DNA from: a virus
Virus record (IMG/VR): IMGVR_UViG_3300045988_008911
Coordinates: 1-5,459 of that record
Reading direction: 5' to 3' (one strand)
Length of the DNA: 5,459 nucleotides
Position numbers and translations under genes: made by a program. Under the pieces are notes generated by a model. It was not told the origin of the DNA. It ran no database searches and saw only the letters and a program-made list of their open reading frames with translations. Below, piece by piece: positions 1 to 4,654 of this stretch (position 1 is its first letter; every line of letters starts with the position of its first letter).

Positions 1-55
1 ACCTGAGCTTGACGATTGGCAGCTTTAGCAGAATTACCAGCAGCAGTAGCAGACA
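1..55. repeat. Terminal direct repeat, copy 1 (circularisation overlap)
   Basis: acctgagcttgacgattggcagctttagcagaattaccagcagcagtagcagaca at 1-55 is identical base for base to 5405-5459. The VP2 reading frame runs continuously across the implied junction. Confidence 0.96.
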
Positions 56-335
56 TGCCGGAAGTAACGCCTTCTCCGAGATTATAATTTGCAGAGAGGG
101 CAGAAGCTCCATTAACAGAACCACCAATACCTTGCGTAGCAGCTAACATAGGGTTAAGACCTGCTTTTTGCATATCTTCCATAGCCCATTGATAACGGTG
201 CTGATAATTATAGATATTTCGCTGGTTAGCTACCGTTGCAGCATGGTGAGAAGCAGAGTTAGACAAAGCACCGCCAATGATAGATGAAACACCACCAGCA
301 ACAGCTCCAAGAGCAGATCTGACATAGAAAATCAC
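1..335 (-). CDS. VP2: VP2 DNA pilot / minor capsid protein, N-terminal part. It continues across the circular junction into 5404..4939. The start codon is uncertain.
   Basis: My translation of the - strand frame is open from the VP1 stop (344-342) down to base 1. It reads KGVIFYVRSALGAVAGGVSSIIGGALSNSASHHAATVANQRNIYNYQHRYQWAMEDMQKAGLNPMLAATQGIGGSVNGASALSANYNLGEGVTSGMSATAAGNSAKAANRQAQV and joins in frame to AEKMSDEQIK of the 4939..5394 ORF. The Gly-rich N-terminus and the MxxAGLNPML motif are typical of gokushovirus VP2. The joined length from GTG 335-333 is 801 nt (266 aa). There is no in-frame ATG before codon 52 counted from the GTG (182-180). Confidence 0.8.
   Translation of the reverse strand, partial: MIFYVRSALGAVAGGVSSIIGGALSNSASHHAATVANQRNIYNYQHRYQWAMEDMQKAGLNPMLAATQGIGGSVNGASALSANYNLGEGVTSGMSATAAGNSAKAANRQAQ
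230..325 (-). CDS. Candidate 31-aa hydrophobic ORF overlapping the VP2 5' end in another frame, or alternatively the true VP2 start displaced by a frameshift
   Basis: AAGGAG (340-335), a 9-nt spacer, then ATG (325-323). This is the same SD hexamer and spacing class used by VP1, VP3 and the J-like ORF. Translation is MSDLLLELLLVVFHLSLAVLCLTLLLTMLQR, ending at TAG (232-230). Confidence 0.3.
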   Translation of the reverse strand: MSDLLLELLLVVFHLSLAVLCLTLLLTMLQR

Positions 336-341
336 TCCTTT

Positions 342-2006
342 TTAAAAATGTCCCATCATGCCAGGAATACCATACATCGGCATAGGTCTGATACACTTTA
401 AGTTAAATTTAACATCTAAGAGGAAATGAGGATAAGACGGAACAGCAACGACACGGCTAATAGGCGGATGATCCTGTATAAATTCATCCGACAAAGTAGG
501 CAGCGAAGCAAATTTTTGAGAAAGATGCCAAATGTCCAAAGGCTCCTTGTAAGTGCTGCGGAACTGACCGGTAATCAAAGAAGGCTTATAGCGATATTCC
601 GCATAACGCTCTTGATAGCCAAATACTTTTTTATCAGCATCATTTCCTTGGCAATAAATTTCAATATTTTCAATAGTCTGTTCTCCTAAATGAGCAAAGG
701 ACGGCCAATAGAAATCAAGCACATCCGAGCGCAGCCACATTCTATTTACGCCTTGCTGGTAAGTCAAGTCAGCACGCACATTAATCAGACCGATAACATA
801 ACCAAATTCGCTAAAGGACTTAGTAAAAGCATGGTAACGCTGGGCATTTAAGCCATATGCAGCCAAGTTACCTTGAGGAGTTGTTGAATCGGTAGAACTT
901 GTCTGTGTAACAGGGTTGATATTCATCATAGAACTATGCGAACCGAGGAACTCCGGACGTTGAAGACGGGCATCGGGGTTGGTAACTCCAAAATGAGCTT
1001 GAAGTTTTTCCGTGTAACGAGTACCGCCACGGGCATCAATTTCGTAATACCTCTGAAGCATAAATGCTTGACGAAGGGAGTTAATAGTAACAGCACTAGC
1101 GGAAGTTAAATCAACAGAAAGACCACTCAAAGAAGCAGCCTTAATAGTACCTTTAGAATCATCGTATGGAGTGGAGCGAACATAGGAATCATTAGCTAAA
1201 CCACTAGCAGGAGAAGAAGCGATAATAGGGTAAACGCTATTACGAGAAGTATCATAAATAGTACCGAGGGGAAGATTAGAAATATCTACATTAGAAGAAA
1301 CAACATTAGCAGATCCACCTAAAGCCAAATCAACAGCCGGGCCTTTTTGCGGCCAAGGCAGCGCACCGGTAAAATAATCGTATCTCTTGCCACGGGGAGC
1401 CGGATCATACCAATTTATTACACCGGACGGAAGGCCATAATTAGGATTAGCGGTAGATTGTCCCATTGGTTCAAGAACAGTATTTGTTTCACCTTTAGAA
1501 ATCTTTACAGACTTCTGTAAGTTTTCATCTCTAAACCATTCATTCCAAATGAGCCAATAAGAACGGAACGGCAAGCAGTTGACAGAAACATTATTAAAAG
1601 TACCAGAAGCACAAGCTATACCCATATAATCGGGCAGCTTATTAGTCATATCGCCGGTAAGGGATACAGTAGGGACTAAATAATCAGTAGAATCTTCAGG
1701 GTTTTCCTGTTCTCCGCATAAATTAACCCATTTGTCATATACGAGCCTTGAAGGAACGAAGAAGAAAAAAGACTCAATATAGATATTGTCCATAAACGGC
1801 ACAACCGGAGTAGCCAAACGGCAGAACTCTACAGGATTTAAAGTAAAAGTATCGCCTGGAATAACTTCATCGACGAAATAAGGAATCAGCTGGCCTTCAT
1901 TGAAGGTTGTCTTATAAACATGACTTCTATCGAAGACGGAGCGACGAATATTAGCTTGTGGTATCATCGCAAAGTGCGATTGATTTACACGAATGTTACG
2001 AGCCAT
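342..2006 (-). CDS. VP1: Major capsid protein VP1 (F-like jelly-roll capsid protein), 554 aa
   Basis: The N-terminus IRRSVFDRSHVYKTTFNEGQLIPYFVDEVIPGDTF and the internal YDYFTGALPWPQKG and INSLRQAFMLQRYYEIDARGGTRY blocks are hallmark gokushovirus VP1 motifs. AAGGAG (2020-2015) lies 8 nt before the ATG at 2006. Confidence 0.97.
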   Translation of the reverse strand: MARNIRVNQSHFAMIPQANIRRSVFDRSHVYKTTFNEGQLIPYFVDEVIPGDTFTLNPVEFCRLATPVVPFMDNIYIESFFFFVPSRLVYDKWVNLCGEQENPEDSTDYLVPTVSLTGDMTNKLPDYMGIACASGTFNNVSVNCLPFRSYWLIWNEWFRDENLQKSVKISKGETNTVLEPMGQSTANPNYGLPSGVINWYDPAPRGKRYDYFTGALPWPQKGPAVDLALGGSANVVSSNVDISNLPLGTIYDTSRNSVYPIIASSPASGLANDSYVRSTPYDDSKGTIKAASLSGLSVDLTSASAVTINSLRQAFMLQRYYEIDARGGTRYTEKLQAHFGVTNPDARLQRPEFLGSHSSMMNINPVTQTSSTDSTTPQGNLAAYGLNAQRYHAFTKSFSEFGYVIGLINVRADLTYQQGVNRMWLRSDVLDFYWPSFAHLGEQTIENIEIYCQGNDADKKVFGYQERYAEYRYKPSLITGQFRSTYKEPLDIWHLSQKFASLPTLSDEFIQDHPPISRVVAVPSYPHFLLDVKFNLKCIRPMPMYGIPGMMGHF

Positions 2007-2127
2007 AGTATAAACTCCTTAATTTTATTAAACAGCCGAAAAGCACGAGAACGGCATTTTCGTTATCAAATACGAAGGTAATTAAAAATAAATAAAAGGC
2101 TTATTTTTGAAGGTTTTTCGTATTTTG

Positions 2128-2175
2128 TGTCACCTTGACCAGTTACTATCAAGTAGGTAACTGGTCAAGGTGACA
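2128..2175. repeat. Perfect 19-bp inverted repeat (hairpin/cruciform) with a 10-nt loop in the VP3-VP1 intergenic region; candidate replication origin element
   Basis: 2128-2146 TGTCACCTTGACCAGTTAC is the exact reverse complement of 2157-2175 GTAACTGGTCAAGGTGACA. The loop at 2147-2156 is tatcaagtag, which reads CTACTTGATA on the coding-sense strand. Confidence 0.9.
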
Positions 2176-2213
2176 GGGTTATTATTCTACATAAGTGAAT
2201 ATTAGCATATAAG

Positions 2214-2657
2214 TTATTTTTTCTCTGAATTACTCTCTACTGCTACAGGAGGTTCAGGTACTACGGGACTATCTACATTAGCTTTAGGTTTTAAACCTAA
2301 CTCCTCAAGCCTGTTTGTAACATTAGGATCAGTAGACGTTAGAGCATCAAGCAACTGACGAGGATCATTACCAAATTCAGCACGGACGCTGGAAGGCAAA
2401 TCCGCAAACTCAGCGTTAACATTTGCAACAAGGTTGCAAGCGGTTTCATAATCCGGCAATAAGGTAGTATCACCATATTGAAGAGTAGACGGATCATGTG
2501 CACCAACAGAATCTACAATACCGGTAGTGTTGAAATTAGCAATAATATGATGAATGTCGCATTCATCAGCATAAGTTTGATCAGCGAGTGAAGGCTGCGT
2601 AATCTCGACGTGCGGTTTTGGCGGTTGCTCGTCATAAAGCGTAAAAAACTTAGCCAT
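2214..2657 (-). CDS. VP3: Internal scaffolding protein VP3, 147 aa
   Basis: ADECDIHHIIANFNTTG, QYGD, PDYETACNLV, FADLPSSVRAEFGNDPRQLL and EELGL match the conserved pattern of gokushovirus/Chlamydia-phage VP3 scaffold proteins, as I recall that family. AAGGAG (2673-2668) lies 10 nt before the ATG. Confidence 0.88.
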   Translation of the reverse strand: MAKFFTLYDEQPPKPHVEITQPSLADQTYADECDIHHIIANFNTTGIVDSVGAHDPSTLQYGDTTLLPDYETACNLVANVNAEFADLPSSVRAEFGNDPRQLLDALTSTDPNVTNRLEELGLKPKANVDSPVVPEPPVAVESNSEKK

Positions 2658-2784
2658 GCATAAAAATCTCCTTTCTTAACCTAACAAGGCGCGCAGGTTA
2701 GTTTTGCGTAAGGCTCAATTCTCGTCCGCGATTGTTACGAAGCAATAAGCGATTATTCCAGCTGGCGAACAGCAAAGCGCAATC

Positions 2785-2803
2785 ATACCGGCATAGCCGG
2801 TAT
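2785..2803. repeat. Short GC-rich hairpin (8-bp stem, 3-nt loop) in the VP5-like/VP3 intergenic region
   Basis: ATACCGGC ata GCCGGTAT is a perfect palindromic stem. On the sense strand a T-run precedes it (GTCTTTTTTGTATTTAT) rather than following it, so it is not a canonical terminator. Confidence 0.7.
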
Positions 2804-2816
2804 ATAAATACAAAAA

Positions 2817-2846
2817 AGACGCCTAACATAACGCTAGACGCCTTAA
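2817..2846. repeat. Direct repeat agacgcct(t)aa x2, start-to-start spacing 19 nt; the second copy overlaps the VP5-like stop codon
   Basis: agacgcctaa at 2817-2826 and agacgccttaa at 2836-2846 share an exact 8-nt core, agacgcct. Confidence 0.6.
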
Positions 2847-3202
2847 TTGTGTTGTGGTATTATAACTTGCCTTGTGTTAATTATACCACAAAATGAGAAA
2901 GCGGGCAAGCGTACCTTACAATTACATTTTAGCACTCTCCGGAGGGGGGTCAACAGTTCTGTGGCAGTAGATAACAATAAAGTGGGATTTTGTGGGGAAA
3001 ATTCACATGTCTTGTCATTAAACTCACCCAAATACATCAGAACAAAATCCTCGTGATAGTCATGGATAATGTTAGAACGCTCCGGAGTGGAAGGCTGATT
3101 AACCATGATTTGGAATTGACGGATAGCCATAGCATTATTTTGTTGAGTAAAAGGCGGGTTCATCAGCTCACCCTTGCGATCATAAATACAATAAAGTTTC
3201 AT
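2843..3202 (-). CDS. VP5: VP5-like small nonstructural protein, 119 aa, with an unusually long C-terminal tail
   Basis: The N-terminal ~70 aa (MKLYCIYDRKGELMNPPFTQQNNAMAIRQF...HEDFVLMYLGEFNDKTCEF) fit the pattern I associate with gokushovirus VP5/nonstructural proteins (MKxxxIYDxK..PF, A.R.F, EDFxLxxxGxFD). The position between VP4 and VP3 also fits. GAGGTG (3213-3208) precedes the ATG at 3202, which overlaps the upstream stop as TAATG. Confidence 0.6.
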   Translation of the reverse strand: MKLYCIYDRKGELMNPPFTQQNNAMAIRQFQIMVNQPSTPERSNIIHDYHEDFVLMYLGEFNDKTCEFSPQNPTLLLSTATELLTPLRRVLKCNCKVRLPAFSFCGIINTRQVIIPQHN

Positions 3203-3462
3203 TATTTCACCTCATTATTTAAAGAATCAGCTTTTAAAATACATAAAAGCTTATTTCTGCACTCTTCGCTAACTTCAAAATAAAAACAACACCAACGGAA
3301 AATTTTACCAGCAGACTGCGCACGCTTCATATAACCACGGCAACGGCCATAGGTAGGAAAACATGCTTGGCTGGAAAGAATTTCCTCAACAGCTTTAATA
3401 GTAGAAGGCTTAAGAGTGGACTTGGTACCAACAAAAGTAGAAAAATAGTAATCTTTTAACAT
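3202..3462 (-). CDS. Hypothetical Cys-rich protein, 86 aa (ORF86), the first gene after the consensus promoter
   Basis: The ATG at 3462-3460 lies 8 nt after GAGG (3474-3471) and just downstream of the predicted transcription start. The protein MLKDYYFSTFVGTK...CFPTYGRCRGY...WCCFYFEVSEECRNKLLC has 6 Cys. The ORF track's 105-aa version starts at a TTG (3519) upstream of the -35 box, which I consider less likely. I recognise no family. Confidence 0.6.
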   Translation of the reverse strand: MLKDYYFSTFVGTKSTLKPSTIKAVEEILSSQACFPTYGRCRGYMKRAQSAGKIFRWCCFYFEVSEECRNKLLCILKADSLNNEVK

Positions 3463-3487
3463 ATCGCTAACCTCACTTTCTGATATT

Positions 3488-3516
3488 ATTATACCATGTG
3501 AAATAGCAACTGTCAA
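3488..3516 (-). promoter_or_regulatory. Consensus sigma70/sigmaA promoter: TTGACA, 17-nt spacer, TGnTATAAT
   Basis: - strand: TTGACA (3516-3511), spacer GTTGCTATTTCACATGG (17 nt), TATAAT (3493-3488), with an extended -10 TG at 3496-3495. The predicted start is near A3481, about 19 nt before the ORF86 ATG. Confidence 0.75.
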
Positions 3517-3540
3517 CAACTTTTTGCAACTTTTTGCAAC
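3501..3540 (-). repeat. Four consecutive 10-nt units each starting GTTG; the first two are exact GTTGCAAAAA copies. They are helically phased and run into the -35 box.
   Basis: - strand 3540-3501: GTTGCAAAAA GTTGCAAAAA GTTGTTGACA GTTGCTATTT. The block sits directly after the VP4 stop (3545-3543). Confidence 0.8.
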
Positions 3541-3542
3541 AT

Positions 3543-4487
3543 TTACAAACCTAAATTATCAAAATCACGTTCAAATTGTTCCTGCCGGTGCTTCATAATC
3601 TTCTCCCTAGCTTCTAACCTTTTACAATCTATAATAGCAGCCTTTGTATTTTCCTGTTTATTATGCTTGTATAAACTATACCATACCGGATTAGAGCGTT
3701 CAAAAAGTGTTTGATAATACCTAGGTATTTTATATTTAGCTCCGTTCATCGTAACAAAACCAAGCTTAAAAATATCCTCTGAATATTTATAAAAATAATC
3801 TGCTCCTATACCGGGCTTTAAAGAGCTGCCAACAAATTCCGGAGTAATGCCTAAAGCATCATACATACAGGCATTTTTTCCGGTCTGCTTCTTAAGACTA
3901 TATTTAGCTACATACCTAGCCGATTCAAATGTGACTGCACCTACAACATTAAAACCATACGGCCATAGCTTCTCAATAGTCGGAGAGCGAAAGAGGTTAT
4001 AACCAGCGGTCAACGCCGATACTTTGCGAACATCCGAAGGAAACCAACCAAAGCAAAGAATATGATAATGCGGCCTGCGGTTAAGATCGCCATACTCACC
4101 GCAGCATAAAAAACGTATCTTAGAATTATCATGATAATCTAAATAGCGACGCAACCTCTTAAAAAATAATTGTAAATGGTTGCGATGCAAAGAGCCATCA
4201 ACTGGAAGGCAATCATCATTATAGGTCAATGTAATAAAGCAGTTATGAAGATGTAATTTAGCTTCATGGACACAACGAATAGCCCAATCATTAGCCTTGT
4301 CAAGACGGCAACCAAGGCATTGACCACAGGGAACGACAACTGCATAATTATTAGCTAACTCACTTTTAGCTATTTCCAGAGATTTTCCGGACAGGTCGCG
4401 ATAAGACACGAAATCAGATAGCTCAAATTTGCCGTTAACATTGGGAACAGCAGAGCGTTTAGCAAACAACGGATTAAGGCAAGTCAT
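3543..4487 (-). CDS. VP4: Replication initiation protein VP4 (HUH-superfamily rolling-circle endonuclease, phiX gpA-like)
   Basis: RCR motif 1 is CFITLTY. Motif 2 is the HUH block RPHYHILCF (H-Y-H at 4070-4062). Motif 3 is the two-tyrosine block ARYVAKYSLKK (Tyr codons at 3914-3912 and 3902-3900). An N-terminal Cys cluster PCGQCLGCRLD is also present. I prefer the ATG at 4487 (MTCLNPLF...). The ORF track starts at an in-frame GTG at 4496. Neither start has a strong SD, so translation may be coupled to the J-like ORF, which ends at 4503. Confidence 0.95.
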   Translation of the reverse strand: MTCLNPLFAKRSAVPNVNGKFELSDFVSYRDLSGKSLEIAKSELANNYAVVVPCGQCLGCRLDKANDWAIRCVHEAKLHLHNCFITLTYNDDCLPVDGSLHRNHLQLFFKRLRRYLDYHDNSKIRFLCCGEYGDLNRRPHYHILCFGWFPSDVRKVSALTAGYNLFRSPTIEKLWPYGFNVVGAVTFESARYVAKYSLKKQTGKNACMYDALGITPEFVGSSLKPGIGADYFYKYSEDIFKLGFVTMNGAKYKIPRYYQTLFERSNPVWYSLYKHNKQENTKAAIIDCKRLEAREKIMKHRQEQFERDFDNLGL

Positions 4488-4502
4488 AATACACACAGCT
4501 TT

Positions 4503-4616
4503 CTACATGCGAATACCGCCGCGCATGTTGCGAGATTTAAGATTTTTAAGCCGCGGAAAAGCATGATTGCGAAAATTACGACGCGAAGCTCCACGGGATA
4601 TTCTATTTCTTTTCAT
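4503..4616 (-). CDS. VP8: Small arginine-rich DNA-binding/packaging protein (phiX J-like, gokushovirus ORF8/VP8-like), 37 aa
   Basis: My translation is MKRNRISRGASRRNFRNHAFPRLKNLKSRNMRGGIRM, ending at TAG (4505-4503). AAGGAG (4630-4625) lies 8 nt before the ATG at 4616. The protein is about one third Arg/Lys, and the C-terminal MRGGIR motif is as I recall it for gokushovirus small basic proteins. It is too short to appear in the supplied ORF track. Confidence 0.8.
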   Translation of the reverse strand: MKRNRISRGASRRNFRNHAFPRLKNLKSRNMRGGIRM

Positions 4617-4654
4617 GGCGTTTACTCCTTAAATAAATACCAAGGGTTAAAAGG

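Noticed and set aside
611-618. Second copy of CTTGATAG (origin-like core) inside VP1
   Set aside because: It is on the + strand of the window, which is the non-packaged complementary strand. It is not in a hairpin and lies within coding sequence, so it is most likely a chance 8-mer.
426-689. 87-aa + strand ORF antisense to VP1
   Set aside because: It lies on the non-coding strand of a phage whose genes are all co-oriented, and it is wholly inside the strongly supported VP1 gene. It has no RBS and a low-complexity basic composition typical of antisense frames.
2040-2127. Candidate VP1 promoter elements (TTCAAA..TTTAAT with a 19-nt spacer; TTGATA) and AT-only small hairpins in the AT-rich leader of VP1
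   Set aside because: The matches to consensus are weak or have a non-optimal spacer, and the stems are entirely A-T. They cannot be distinguished from background in an AT-rich stretch.
2128-2175. The 19-bp hairpin as a rho-independent terminator after VP3
   Set aside because: On the sense strand the hairpin is followed by CAAAATACGAAAAACC with no U-run, and VP1 immediately downstream must be highly expressed. Weak attenuation cannot be excluded, but canonical termination is not supported.
2809-2816. T6 run (GTCTTTTTTG on the sense strand) as a terminator tail after the VP5-like gene
   Set aside because: The sequence upstream of the T-run is a direct repeat, not an inverted one, and I could not find a stable stem ending at the T-run.
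2698-2829. 43-aa - strand ORF (MLGVFFVFIYRLCRYDCALLFASWNNRLLLRNNRGRELSLTQN) filling much of the VP5-like/VP3 intergenic region
   Set aside because: It has only a weak, distant SD-like AAGG 11 nt upstream. The ORF runs through the hairpin and palindromes, which are better explained as nucleic-acid elements. It is too short to judge coding potential by eye and remains a low-probability possibility.
2824-2831. Possible XerC/XerD dif-like site; some enterobacterial gokushoviruses lysogenise via dif
   Set aside because: The sense strand has TTATGTTAGGC, which resembles the XerD arm TTATGTTAAAT. However, the 6-nt centre (CTAGCG) and the would-be XerC arm (AATTAAGGCGT) do not resemble GGTGCGCATAA-TGTATA. 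It is only a half-site, which is not enough to claim integration capacity.
2847-3283. Two + strand ORFs (69 aa at 2847..3056 and 97 aa at 2990..3283) antisense to the VP5-like gene and ORF86
   Set aside because: Both are antisense to better-supported genes. No promoter or RBS is evident on the + strand, and Microviridae transcribe a single strand.
3463-3519. N-terminal extension of the 105-aa ORF from a TTG at 3519
   Set aside because: The extension would overlap the -35 box, spacer and -10 box of the consensus promoter and has no RBS. The ATG at 3462 has a GAGG SD and lies just downstream of the predicted transcription start.
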